The position numbers and the translations under genes are program-made. The notes under the pieces are model-generated. The model was not told the DNA's origin. It searched no databases and saw nothing but the letters and a program-made list of their open reading frames with translations. DNA of 64,000 nucleotides, from positions 143,192-207,191 of the IMG/VR virus record IMGVR_UViG_3300050821_002957; one strand, 5' to 3'. Positions within the stretch are counted from its first letter, which is position 1; each line of letters begins with the position of its first letter. The stretch is from a virus. This document shows positions 55,001-63,950 of the stretch, piece after piece.

Positions 55001-56295
55001 TGTAATAGACCTTTACCATGCTTTCTGATGGACTCTAACCATGCATCACGTTCATCTAACTCTTGCTGCTTCTTTGGTGTGCTCTTCTGATAACCTGCCC
55101 AATCAGGAATTGCATTACCCAAGTGATCCCGAACCAATTGCTGAGGAGCCGAGGACACAGATGGTCCGTGAGCTACTGCGGTCGGAGACGTTGATCCTAT
55201 TGTTTGAAGTGGTGACTGAGATACTGGTGTTGACTGTCCTTGAGAACCAGCGGCACGTTCCCATAAAGGTTGATAATCAGGGCGCAACAATTCAGCACGC
55301 AAATTCTGATGCTGTTCTGTGCTGATCTTACCCTTAGCGTGCAAATTTTCAAGAGCGGAGTGGCGAACATCTTCGTCTTTGATTTTTCCAAGATGTTCCT
55401 TTACGGTATCATGATCATGTTTGACATCAGCATCGTCAAGCATCGGTTCATCCGGGCGTGGTAATACTTTTTTGATGTCACCGACTTTGAATTGATTAGC
55501 TTTTGTTTTCTGACGTGCTTCTCGACGATCACGCATTTTTTCGAGAATATACTTGGTAGCTAAACCGACAATCGGAGAGTGACCAGCCAAACCAGAGATG
55601 ACACTGACTGCATCAATATTTTGCTTCTGTAAGAACGAACCCATTTTACCGAGCAAACCTGTACGCTGACGTGTCTCTTGCTCCAATGCCTTTTGTAGAT
55701 TAAGAGTGGCATTAGTGAGAATCTTATTTTCGGTGCCGACAGTGCTGAATCGAACACTCTCTTGAATATCAGAGAGCTTTTTCTTTGCTCCTTCCAGTTC
55801 GTCCTTGCTGTACGTATGGTACTCGGACGCCATGCTATCAATATTTTCAGCGTGGCGTTTTCCTGCATCGGAATACACATTACCACGTCGTTGCTTAATC
55901 AGCTTTTCTTTGTCTTTCTTTTTTTGAAGCGCAGTAAGTTGATCGACGACTTTTTTGGTAGATGCTTCGACCTGACGAATCTTCTCGAAATCGTCATCAT
56001 TGTTGTTGCCACCAGTAGACTTTCTTGGAGACCTTGGACGACTGCCACCGCCACCTGAAGACGAGTTACGAGGAGCAGATCCACCGCCGCCACCTGAAGA
56101 CACGTTGCCATCCTTTAACATGTCTGCTAGGTCTTCGGCTGCGTTTTCAGTGGCCTGTTGAAATACCTGATGGATTTTGGTCGTCAGCTTCTTGGACAGA
56201 TCATCTAAGAGATCTTCTTTGTCCACAAGCGTCAGATTTGAAACATCAATCTGATTCAGGTCTACCCCGTTTTTTGTTGTCTTCTTGGATGGCAT
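52003..56295 (-). CDS. 1430-aa virion-associated protein, tape-measure-like, with FlgJ-type glucosaminidase domain (approx nt 52350..52850)
   Basis: IAQWAVESGWGK...NNAFGVTKS...EGFIAHAKLLSNPKGPYAAAF...GYGDTIKNV matches the mannosyl-glycoprotein endo-beta-N-acetylglucosaminidase domain. Long helical and Gly-rich segments, G/S-rich linkers. Confidence 0.75.
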   Translation of the reverse strand: MPSKKTTKNGVDLNQIDVSNLTLVDKEDLLDDLSKKLTTKIHQVFQQATENAAEDLADMLKDGNVSSGGGGGSAPRNSSSGGGGSRPRSPRKSTGGNNNDDDFEKIRQVEASTKKVVDQLTALQKKKDKEKLIKQRRGNVYSDAGKRHAENIDSMASEYHTYSKDELEGAKKKLSDIQESVRFSTVGTENKILTNATLNLQKALEQETRQRTGLLGKMGSFLQKQNIDAVSVISGLAGHSPIVGLATKYILEKMRDRREARQKTKANQFKVGDIKKVLPRPDEPMLDDADVKHDHDTVKEHLGKIKDEDVRHSALENLHAKGKISTEQHQNLRAELLRPDYQPLWERAAGSQGQSTPVSQSPLQTIGSTSPTAVAHGPSVSSAPQQLVRDHLGNAIPDWAGYQKSTPKKQQELDERDAWLESIRKHGKGLLQKKHEDSLKKPSGTPDWPEIFGEESHPKPTALAHMEKQEAERMKNPYNSPVKAMMTAAVHAMPNVEKFEAPPQLKKAAAPELVQNGRMDLDEPTLHPEKLASQSNTAGLLKLMEGVQKDQDKKLSILTSDKEGPLSRVAKLDEEQLIELKEINKLLAKQLDQSELDANAKRRETTDGDAGGLLADVAKKSGGKKGGLLGGLMSGIEAGIGRLFGGKIGKWLGLGNKTAKGGAEAEEGGMFKRWFGRGKGASGAGRGVEGAASGIEAVEDGAKGLGEVGKAVGEGAEAGAKGGTKLLAEGGEMLKGAKLLGGAGRMAEFLDFIPVVGEVIMAITAIFDFIPAFMHAEKYLGDKKKLTMMDRVAGGLGGVVEGLFGIIDFVLGLAGVKTEIGKTLGKTSAKSFASIFKAIGSILSALYVASKPIFKVLGPILEFVAKRLGKMIEIIGDFFEGLSKFIDGLSDLSDPKTFDKGIEELKDGVLGMFSALGKWFLTMFNLDTIKDALDKVIEAFTKSFENFGQEIMKIPGMETITKAFASISTAFSSVFDSIKKMVENIIGPQNTKILTDALQSVTDAIKSVIDWISDKINSILHPFGGGKKTAETAKPAPTTSAPAPSAAPAPTQQTQNTVTPRRGLNPPPATPISSTPELAKTARSFHTPTTSPTQTKTVAPTSSPTSPTPATPQPQSSGVTAAGGSGIGILGTGGGTQNKNIKYKQGEVPPEIAQMAMDAEKATGVPAQVTIAQWAVESGWGKHSIGNNAFGVTKSKSDTMSQTRTTQEDMTPAEFAQFQKSKPKEAATATELDGSPLKMGWSGKKRFSVKREFADYKTMEEGFIAHAKLLSNPKGPYAAAFAEYQKTGDVNKFIENMGAKYATARGYGDTIKNVANQKNVVTALSRSPKPVDRPTATSMPAMVATATNTAAPRLDTPKLSPESTGVQLAQVSAVNSELNRTSGQSGTGHQIIAPQTTKITNNNSTHTGDLRAKNTDTSYERNQNAMFIPT

Positions 56296-56298
56296 TCA

Positions 56299-56646
56299 TT
56301 ATCCGTTTAGTTGCTGTGGTCCATCAACTTTAGTAGTCGGATCGGGTAAAAGTTCATGCTTTGCTTGGTTACCCTTTTGGACGGCGTTGATGCGTTGCTG
56401 TTGAATGGTTGGTTCTGTCAAGTTCATTCTAAAGTTCAAGAATGTCTTTGCCGAACTGCGAAACCACGTCCAGGTCCATTGAGGGATCTCTTTGAACGAG
56501 GGCAGCATTTCAGGCATTGATCCGATGGTTGCCGACGCCAAAAGACCCAACATTAACTGGTTGTCTTTCGCCCAGGTTAGAATTTGTTCGATTGATGGCA
56601 TGATCATGGGACTATTTATGTCCAAGCCAATCAATAGATACATCAA
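56299..56646 (-). CDS. hypothetical protein
   Basis: 115-aa ORF. Confidence 0.45.
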   Translation of the reverse strand: MMYLLIGLDINSPMIMPSIEQILTWAKDNQLMLGLLASATIGSMPEMLPSFKEIPQWTWTWFRSSAKTFLNFRMNLTEPTIQQQRINAVQKGNQAKHELLPDPTTKVDGPQQLNG

Positions 56647-56838
56647 TAGTTTAGCGTTTTCTATTGTTCTCGTCGGCGATCCGTTTGTTTTCCGAATCGA
56701 TGTAGTCTTTGATGAGAACTAGATAGGCATCACGTTCCCACGGTATCATTCCCTCGACCTCAGTCAACGAATACTTATGGTGAAACATGAGACTGAAGTT
56801 CACCATGAACATATTCGGGAGTGAATTGTGGCTGAGGG

Positions 56839-57651
56839 CTATCCGAAAAAACTTGGAAGTCCCTCGATGTGGAGAGGTTCTTCATATCCACACTTTGAGC
56901 AATGGAACTGAGTATCATGTGCCAGCTTCGGAATTGATTCAAAAAACTTCTGAAGTTTGACAAACTGTGCCTGAGTTAGCTTCTCAACCCATTCTTGGAT
57001 ATCTTTGGTTGTAAAGTTGTTATAGACTGACTCTTCGTCAAAGACAGATTCGATACAAAGAGCAATAGTAATCAGAGCGTCGTTCACATTGTCCTTTGGA
57101 GTTACAACGGCCCCAGTCGCACGTAATAACTGTCTTGCCATCTTAAAATTTGGATAGCGCATGTTAACGCCAAGTGTTTCGGTCAAGAAAATCTGCTTCT
57201 GATGATCTTCGTTGAATTGTATCCTTACGTCATCCAGATTGATCTTAACTTTTACTACATGGTCACAATCGGCAATGATCGGTGCATCAGGATCATCATT
57301 GGACTTTTTGAAAATTCGACGTTTTTCAGCTTCTTCCGGCGTCAATGTCACTTTGTTGTGGCAACGATAACTCAATTCGACATTGGAATCTACCGAGCGT
57401 GAGCGCAATTGTAAGAAGATGAATTCCAAATCGAAATTTGCCAGTTCTTCTACTTTGATTGGCGAAAGAGCACATGACGTGACTACCTGGACGATAGCAT
57501 CGAGCATCTGCCTTTCATCTTCACCTTCCAATGCAATGAGCAACAGTTTCTCCTCTTTTACAAGGAACGGACGAAACTGGATTCCCTGGCCGGTGGACGG
57601 AATGATGATTTCAAAATGGGGAACGATCTTTTCGAGATTGGGTAATGGCAT
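56839..57651 (-). CDS. hypothetical virion-module protein with C-terminal CxxC
   Basis: 270-aa ORF ending ...CSKCGYEEP. Confidence 0.55.
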   Translation of the reverse strand: MPLPNLEKIVPHFEIIIPSTGQGIQFRPFLVKEEKLLLIALEGEDERQMLDAIVQVVTSCALSPIKVEELANFDLEFIFLQLRSRSVDSNVELSYRCHNKVTLTPEEAEKRRIFKKSNDDPDAPIIADCDHVVKVKINLDDVRIQFNEDHQKQIFLTETLGVNMRYPNFKMARQLLRATGAVVTPKDNVNDALITIALCIESVFDEESVYNNFTTKDIQEWVEKLTQAQFVKLQKFFESIPKLAHDTQFHCSKCGYEEPLHIEGLPSFFG

Positions 57652-57683
57652 ACTGATCGTATGTAGTCACCACAAAAACAACG

Positions 57684-58466
57684 TTATGTTAGTCCACCAC
57701 TTGTGCCCGGACCATTATTGCTGCCGGGACCATTGACGGTCTGTGTAAACGGAACGTTCGTACCTGTGGCAGAACGTATCGCTGTTGTCTGACCACCATT
57801 GTTAGAGCCACCATTGATGTAAGTCCAAGCACTCGCATATTTGTACGTAAAGGTCACTTGGATGGTCTGGAACGTATTGTTGTTTGCGTAAGCTAAAGGT
57901 TGTTGAGCAATGGCAATAGGATACGCATCGATCAAGATAGTATAATAATTTGGGCTTACTTGAGCACCGCCGACCGACCCAGACCCAGAGTTTGCAAAAT
58001 CTGGATATTGAACAATGGCAATGTCGGTGCAATATTCACTGATGTAGTTGAAATTGTTGGTGTTGAAATCCATCACCATGTACATCCAAGCCTCAAAAAA
58101 CCAACGCTCATTCATTTGGTTACCGCACATGAACGTCATAGTTGTGTCTTGATATTCCGGGCGATGAGGAATCTTGTACGATGGACCATAGGAACGATTG
58201 GTCTCCATTTGAAACTGATAGCTAGGAAGCTCAGACTGTTGACAATAAGCCTGTAATTCAATAGCCATCGTGGACGTGTCACCACTAAAATAGTCAGCCA
58301 TCCAATCTACAGCATCGTCGCTAAACTGGAGAATAGCGGATTGTGCATTGTAGATTGCGGTAGATCGCTGCGCCAGAGCTTGAGTAGGAATGGTAATGTC
58401 ATAACAATTTTGAACAGCCCAACCTGTGCTATTCAATTGTGATCGGAATGCGTCGATGTTTAACAT
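57684..58466 (-). CDS. tail tube-family protein (T4 gp19/gp48/gp54-like fold) - tentative
   Basis: N-terminus FRSQLNSTGWAVQNCYDITIP resembles gp19 AFESGDFARPNLFQVEIS; C-terminus NNTFQTIQVTFTYKYA resembles gp19 NNEIQTFEVTLALDYWE. N/T/S/G-rich. Confidence 0.4.
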   Translation of the reverse strand: MLNIDAFRSQLNSTGWAVQNCYDITIPTQALAQRSTAIYNAQSAILQFSDDAVDWMADYFSGDTSTMAIELQAYCQQSELPSYQFQMETNRSYGPSYKIPHRPEYQDTTMTFMCGNQMNERWFFEAWMYMVMDFNTNNFNYISEYCTDIAIVQYPDFANSGSGSVGGAQVSPNYYTILIDAYPIAIAQQPLAYANNNTFQTIQVTFTYKYASAWTYINGGSNNGGQTTAIRSATGTNVPFTQTVNGPGSNNGPGTSGGLT

Positions 58467-59653
58467 TATCGTCTCCTTTTTAACTTTTGAATCATTCGTT
58501 TGCTGTCACTCCAGACTCGTTCTTTCTTTTCTTTCTGGAATTGCTCGACCGGCAAGAACACTGCAATCTCCCAATCAACCGGCTCCACGTTGAGTAGTTC
58601 ACTCTTTACCTGTGATGCCAAGTAACGTTTGATCGTCGGTTTAACTTCAGGAAACTGTGCCACGTTCTTGATCAAACCATATGACATTTGCAATTTTGTA
58701 ATCTTATCTAATGATTTATCGTTCGCAAAGGAAAGTAGTTTGTCGAAGAGCTTTGCACGAAGTAACAATGGAAGATAATGAAGATTGAGACCCAGCCATC
58801 CGTCATCGTACAGTTCGACGACGAAGATCAAAGGAAACTTATCCCAATATGGAAGATCGTCTTTGGTCTTTGCATCATAAAAATACATGAACATCTTTCC
58901 GACCAATGCTTCGGCGGCTGTCTGCCCTTGTGAAATTAATCTGGTACGGTTCGGTGACTTTTTTGTCTTGTTAACATTGTCGGTCAGCCAGTTGCGTGCG
59001 CCTTTGGTTAATGACTTGATGCCATAACGACGAAGTTTGAGACGTATCTTTTCAAAGAACGTTGGATTCCTTGGATCTTTCGGGGGAATCCAATCGCCTT
59101 GTTTGATGTCTGGCTTCTGCGCTGGGGGAGGAGCACTTGGTTGACCACCACGACTGACTTGTGTCGGTTGGGGACCTTCCGGCGCAGTTATTTCAGGCGC
59201 ATATTGTTTTGCAACGTCTCTAATATCCTCTGGTGGCTTACTAGGATCGTAATAGCTCTTTACTGCATCTCGAATCGATTGAATAGAAGAGTTATGTGGG
59301 TCGAGTTTGTTCTGTTTGATGATCTGAATAATCTCGCTTTCAGAAGCCTTCTTGCCAATAGCCTTGATGTTTCGCCCGACCAAGTGTTTCAAGTCCTGCA
59401 TTGCGCTATGAGCAACAACCTTCTTCGCAGCTTCCTGGATCACTTTGTCATTTACGAGCGAGGATTTTGAGAGATGAGTTACAACGCTGGCAATGTCTTC
59501 GTTCGCAACGGGGCGATTCGGTACGAGTTTATGAAAGGCGTCAGATATCAAACTCTTGATATTTGGAACTTTGTTGGGATCGAAAGAGACACTACGGACA
59601 TACTTCGTCGCAATCTTTCGGATCTCTGCTTCACTAATAATTTGTTTTGGCAT
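58466..59653 (-). CDS. hypothetical virion-module protein
   Basis: 395-aa ORF with an ATGA-type junction to its neighbours. Confidence 0.55.
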   Translation of the reverse strand: MPKQIISEAEIRKIATKYVRSVSFDPNKVPNIKSLISDAFHKLVPNRPVANEDIASVVTHLSKSSLVNDKVIQEAAKKVVAHSAMQDLKHLVGRNIKAIGKKASESEIIQIIKQNKLDPHNSSIQSIRDAVKSYYDPSKPPEDIRDVAKQYAPEITAPEGPQPTQVSRGGQPSAPPPAQKPDIKQGDWIPPKDPRNPTFFEKIRLKLRRYGIKSLTKGARNWLTDNVNKTKKSPNRTRLISQGQTAAEALVGKMFMYFYDAKTKDDLPYWDKFPLIFVVELYDDGWLGLNLHYLPLLLRAKLFDKLLSFANDKSLDKITKLQMSYGLIKNVAQFPEVKPTIKRYLASQVKSELLNVEPVDWEIAVFLPVEQFQKEKKERVWSDSKRMIQKLKRRR

Positions 59654-60177
59654 TAAAAACCACTCAGGTGCTTTTCAGTCAAGATCATCCATTCCCATCC
59701 ATGCTGGTCGCAGAATTTTTTGGCTTCGGTCCACTTCGCTTGATTGATGATCCAATTTTTCTGTTCGGCGAAGTAACGACGTGTTTTTCGTTTTGGTTCT
59801 TTTGGGGGAACAGTCGCCGTACTCCATTTACATTCGACCAATCGAGTAGTGATCTTCCCATCCCGATTTTTGGTGATAACTTTGAAGTCTACGAAGTAAC
59901 GATGCATCTTTTTGTCGAGGGGTGAATAATATGGGATCACAGTCTCTTCGGAAGACCATCTCAGGACAGAAGGTTGGTCGTCAAGATACTTCATCATTCG
60001 CAATTCCATCTTGGACCGATAAGTGATCGTATTGATATCACCATCGTATTTTTCTGGGTGAAGTGGTGTAAAGAAGCCTCTACGTGTTCCGTGGGTCTTT
60101 CTGCGTTTGTTCAGTTTTGACGGAGCAATTTCTTTAGCTCTCGGTTCCGGTTTGGGTGTTGGTTGCTGTTGATCCAC
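59653..60177 (-). CDS. small PD-(D/E)XK-like protein, possibly a gp4-type head-completion nuclease
   Basis: IPYYSPLD...YFVDFKV...LVECK pattern (D...D-x-K ... E-x-K); position next to the structural genes. Confidence 0.35.
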   Translation of the reverse strand: MDQQQPTPKPEPRAKEIAPSKLNKRRKTHGTRRGFFTPLHPEKYDGDINTITYRSKMELRMMKYLDDQPSVLRWSSEETVIPYYSPLDKKMHRYFVDFKVITKNRDGKITTRLVECKWSTATVPPKEPKRKTRRYFAEQKNWIINQAKWTEAKKFCDQHGWEWMILTEKHLSGF

Positions 60178-60202
60178 ATACGTATTTAGCCCATATAAAT
60201 AA

Positions 60203-61264
60203 GTGCAAATGCCTGCTCAAACCAATTTCAATTCTTGGGTTCAAGCTCAACAGACGAACCAATCAAACGGTCAAGATGCCCCGCTTGCCGGAATCGACAC
60301 AAGTCAATATACGTATTCCAGCTTCATTTATCCGCTTGACCTGGGTGCTCCGGGCGCAGGCAAGGATCACTACATGGTGTTCCATATTAATGAAACTTCT
60401 ACGACACAATATCAGACCACAAATGTAAACGGGGCGGCTCCTACGGGTCAGCCCACAATTGTTGCTAACGCCCAACAGAGTCAAGCAAATGGAATGGGTT
60501 CGACAACAAATACTCCGTCGCAAAATGGAACCTCTACGTCGGGGCAGCAAGGCAATTCTGCATCAAATCCTTCATCAGTTGTGGCTTATCAACCGATCAA
60601 ACGAGTAGCAACCACAATCGTTTTGTACATCCCTCAACATCAAGTCAACTATCATGCTGAGTGGGAAGCAGAAAATCTTGGCGTGGCCGCAGACGTAATG
60701 GAAGCGATCAAAGGTTCAGAGAGTTTGAAAGATTTGTTTAAGTCGGCTGGTGCTTCTGGCCTGAAAAATGCCGGAACCATGTTGAACGAATTGACTGACT
60801 TGAATTTGTCTGCCGCAACATCCGCAGCAACTCGAATTGCAATCAACCCTCACATGGAAGTCATCTTCAATGGTATCGGATTTCGTCAATTCCAGTTCAG
60901 TTTTCGATTCACCGCTCAAAGTGAAGCCGAAGCGTTGAACATCGATAACATCATTCGAGCGTTCAAATTTTATGCAGCCCCGGAGATTTTAGCTGGAGCC
61001 GCAGGCCGATTCTGGATCTATCCGGCTGAGTTTGACATTCAGTTTTATTCCAATGGCACCGAGAATGATTTTTTAAACAAAATCAGTACATGTGCCTTGA
61101 CCGACATGCAAGTCAACTATACGTCGGCTGGTCAGTGGTCCGCACATCGCCCGTACAAATCGACACCAGGACTTGCAGGTTCACCTAGCGTCTGTACCGA
61201 CATTCAGCTTACATTCAAAGAACTCGAAATCATCACGAAGGAAAGAATTCTACAAGGATACTAA
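60203..61264 (+). CDS. hypothetical structural protein (Q/N/S/T-rich N-terminus; possibly tail tube/baseplate family)
   Basis: 353-aa ORF diverging from the minus-strand virion genes. Confidence 0.5.
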   Translation: MQMPAQTNFNSWVQAQQTNQSNGQDAPLAGIDTSQYTYSSFIYPLDLGAPGAGKDHYMVFHINETSTTQYQTTNVNGAAPTGQPTIVANAQQSQANGMGSTTNTPSQNGTSTSGQQGNSASNPSSVVAYQPIKRVATTIVLYIPQHQVNYHAEWEAENLGVAADVMEAIKGSESLKDLFKSAGASGLKNAGTMLNELTDLNLSAATSAATRIAINPHMEVIFNGIGFRQFQFSFRFTAQSEAEALNIDNIIRAFKFYAAPEILAGAAGRFWIYPAEFDIQFYSNGTENDFLNKISTCALTDMQVNYTSAGQWSAHRPYKSTPGLAGSPSVCTDIQLTFKELEIITKERILQGY

Positions 61265-61265
61265 A

Positions 61266-61481
61266 ATGGCTTACTCGCTTGGTGGAGATTTGTGGCCTTT
61301 GTGTACGTGTGGACATGGGTATTTGGCTCACGATGCACATAGTCTAAAGTGTCAAGATGACCCTTCCGATTGGGGATGTTGCTACTGCAAAAAGTGTGCT
61401 AAATGTCCTTGCGAGTACTTTACCGCAGACAAAGGATATTATGCCGCAGACAAAAGAACAACTCCATCAGATGTACGTTGA
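61266..61481 (+). CDS. small Cys-rich protein
   Basis: CTCGHGY...CCYCKKCAKCPCEY. Confidence 0.4.
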   Translation: MAYSLGGDLWPLCTCGHGYLAHDAHSLKCQDDPSDWGCCYCKKCAKCPCEYFTADKGYYAADKRTTPSDVR

Positions 61482-61744
61482 GTACATCGCTGAACTTCGA
61501 CGCCTCAAAAATGAGAAGTACGGCGAACAGTTGGAATTTCAATTTGAAGAGAAGGCATTGGACATACCAGCATGGCGCAAGAACAAGAACAAACAGAAAG
61601 AAGCAAAGTGATTGACATCGGCGAATGGAAGAAAGCACATGGACTTCCGTCGCCACCTTATCAACCGACAAATGAAACCACAACTGTCTTTGTGAACAAA
61701 TTTTCAAACCCGAGTTTTTGGACAGTTCCACCTAAACGACCATC

Positions 61745-62056
61745 TCAATAACAGATGATGACGAATGGGATGTCTTCAAGCTCACTCAGGCGCACATCTT
61801 GTTCTTCTCGACAGCAAATGTCATCGAAGAGTTTATCGTCTTTGATCTGGCCGCAGTCAAACGCTAGGAACGTTTCATCTTCGGTCTGGCCGGTCAAGCG
61901 TGTCCATTCACTCAGCGTGGCCTTGTAGACTGCCTCGTATGCATCCTTGCCTTCTCTAGTGCATCGGATGAATATGGCCTTGTCACACCCATGTGCCGTT
62001 ACCGGCTTCTTTCTTTTATTCTTTGTCTTCGTCGCACCACTCATCGATTTTCCCAT
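61745..62056 (-). CDS. hypothetical protein
   Basis: Start taken at MGKSMSG. Confidence 0.4.
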   Translation of the reverse strand: MGKSMSGATKTKNKRKKPVTAHGCDKAIFIRCTREGKDAYEAVYKATLSEWTRLTGQTEDETFLAFDCGQIKDDKLFDDICCREEQDVRLSELEDIPFVIICY

Positions 62057-62349
62057 TTTGTTGTGATGTCCTTGATTACTGTGTCTGGCTCCGTAGTATA
62101 AAGCCAAAAAAGTTGAACTGCGTTATTGCCCCGAACTTGCATTTTCAAACCACCGCTGACTGACGTGAACTTGATATGTGGTTGTGCTCCTGCTCGAACA
62201 GGAGTGATGATCCCCAGACCAATTTTTGTAACATGTGGTGATTCTTTTGCAGCAAGCACAACAGGGATAGCAGTAGGAATGACAGTCGAGTGGTTACCGG
62301 AAAACTTTGGTCCACGCAACAATCCTTTGAGTCCCTTATGACTGCCCAT
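62041..62349 (-). CDS. hypothetical protein
   Basis: 102-aa ORF whose 3' end overlaps the next gene. Confidence 0.4.
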   Translation of the reverse strand: MGSHKGLKGLLRGPKFSGNHSTVIPTAIPVVLAAKESPHVTKIGLGIITPVRAGAQPHIKFTSVSGGLKMQVRGNNAVQLFWLYTTEPDTVIKDITTKWENR

Positions 62350-62429
62350 GTGGATTATTTTGACACAGTACTAGGCCGCAGTGCAAGTGTATTCTTTCTG
62401 GAAGCACTCTTTGCGCTACATAACCTTAC

Positions 62430-62921
62430 ATGATCTGTAAGAAATGCCAAAATCGTATCCCTACTCGCATTGTAATCGAAGGCCGTCGCCGAAACCTTCA
62501 GCGCCGCAAGTATTGTTTAAAGTGCTCGCCATTCGGAGTCCACAACACTGGCGACCCACAAAAAATTTCTCTTCGAGGTACAGATCGAAAATGCGAAGGA
62601 TGTATCAACATGATAGAACGTCGAAGACGATATTGTTCATCATGCATAAGCCGGATGCGCCGTCACAAAAGAAAACAGGTTGGTGTAGATGTGTTGGGAG
62701 GAAAATGTATGGATTGCGGCTATAATCGATGTCTGGCTGCTCTCTCATTTCATCACCGTGATCCTTCAAAAAAGGAATTTACGATCAGTGAATTTTCGAG
62801 AACTACGATGTCTCGATTCATTGCCGAAGTAAAGAAGTGTGATTTGGTTTGTGCTACATGCCACATCGAGAGGCACTATTTGAAAGATGGAGCCGAGTGG
62901 GAGAATCGAACTCCCGAATGA
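62430..62921 (+). CDS. HNH homing endonuclease
   Basis: CGYNRCLAALSFHHRDPSKKEFTIS...CDLVCATCH. The 3' end overlaps the antisense tRNA by 34 nt. Confidence 0.7.
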   Translation: MICKKCQNRIPTRIVIEGRRRNLQRRKYCLKCSPFGVHNTGDPQKISLRGTDRKCEGCINMIERRRRYCSSCISRMRRHKRKQVGVDVLGGKCMDCGYNRCLAALSFHHRDPSKKEFTISEFSRTTMSRFIAEVKKCDLVCATCHIERHYLKDGAEWENRTPE

Positions 62922-62962
62922 TCGCTTTGCAGGCGAATACCTTACCACTTGGTTAACTCGGC
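62888..62962 (-). tRNA. tRNA-Cys (anticodon GCA), CCA encoded
   Basis: Cloverleaf GCCGAGT-TA-ACCA-AGTGGTA-AGGT-A-TTCGC-CTGCAAA-GCGAT-CATTC-GGGAG-TTCGATT-CTCCC-ACTCGGC-T-CCA. Confidence 0.7.
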
Positions 62963-62968
62963 GTAGAA

Positions 62969-63202
62969 CTATCGACGAGGAGAACGAAAGGCGTGTTCCC
63001 TAATAGCTTTAATCTCTGATCGCAAAGACTTGATTTCTGTTTGAAGAGGTTCGATCTGCTTATTGATGACATCAGTGATGAGATTTTTTAATTCTCCCAC
63101 AGCGTTATCGTCATCGGGAAGTTGTCCCTGGAAAACAGTATCTTCAGTTCTCTTCGAGAGAGCATAGAACAGATGAGCGAACAAATAATTTTGAGTGAAC
63201 AT
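62969..63202 (-). CDS. hypothetical small protein between the two tRNAs
   Basis: Coiled-coil-like C-terminus; start taken at MFTQNY to avoid the tRNA. Confidence 0.3.
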   Translation of the reverse strand: MFTQNYLFAHLFYALSKRTEDTVFQGQLPDDDNAVGELKNLITDVINKQIEPLQTEIKSLRSEIKAIREHAFRSPRR

Positions 63203-63219
63203 GGTAGTTATATAGAATT

Positions 63220-63296
63220 TGGAGCACCCGGTGAGAGTCGAACTCACTTTTCATCAGTTTTGCAGACTGTGCCCTCACCACTTTGGGTTCAGGTGC
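63220..63296 (-). tRNA. second tRNA with anticodon GCA (Cys), CCA encoded
   Basis: GCACCTG-AA-CCCA-AAGTGGTG-AGGG-C-ACAGT-CTGCAAA-ACTGA-TGAAAA-GTGAG-TTCGACT-CTCAC-CGGGTGC-T-CCA; U6-G wobble in the acceptor, 27-43 mismatch. Confidence 0.55.
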
Positions 63297-63442
63297 ATGA
63301 AAGAGATTGGTGTGCTTTTAACAGAAGTGATGAAGAACGACGGTCGTAACAATCGCAACGACGTAGGCTGCGAGAATTGACTTGATGATGTAACGTCCGT
63401 ATTCCATGTCAGTATCTATCTTCCCACAAATTTTGAATTCTG

Positions 63443-63721
63443 TCAATAGAGGTCTTCACTAAAAAGAATCGTGCCGACGTATTGTCCATCTTTTCCATAA
63501 CACGATGGCCTGCCGGAAGCCTTCTGAATCTGCATGGCTTCCTCTCGACCAACGAACCTACCCGTCGATGTCACAAACCCTTGTTCAGCCTTGAGAATGT
63601 CCAGCCGATTAACATCAGGCATGACACGCACTACGTCAAGACAATGATTGTGCCGGTGACCGTAGTACACTTCTCCATTCGGCATCCTGATCGCAGAGCA
63701 AATACAAAATTCAGATTCCAT
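63443..63721 (-). CDS. hypothetical protein
   Basis: 92-aa ORF. Confidence 0.4.
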   Translation of the reverse strand: MESEFCICSAIRMPNGEVYYGHRHNHCLDVVRVMPDVNRLDILKAEQGFVTSTGRFVGREEAMQIQKASGRPSCYGKDGQYVGTILFSEDLY

Positions 63722-63950
63722 TCTCCGATTCTAACATAGTCCGAACGTGATCAAGTTGAGCTTTGGCAAAATCCAATTCAAGTTGTGCCTTGGCTAATTT
63801 TTTGTAGAGGTTTTCCAAGATTCGCTCTCGGTTCCGGCGCAGTCTTACAGCTACCTGCTGCGGTGTCGGTTGGAAACAGCGTCGGGACAAACGTCGAATC
63901 AACCACCACAAAGCTCTCAGTCTCATAATGCTCTCCGCTTGCGATCCCAA
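63711..63950 (-). CDS. hypothetical protein
   Basis: 79-aa ORF with a coiled-coil-like C-terminus. Confidence 0.3.
   Translation of the reverse strand: MGSQAESIMRLRALWWLIRRLSRRCFQPTPQQVAVRLRRNRERILENLYKKLAKAQLELDFAKAQLDHVRTMLESENGI

Noticed and set aside
63122-63349. 75-aa plus-strand ORF
   Set aside because: Lies exactly over the antisense tRNA (63220..63296); translation of the tRNA complement.
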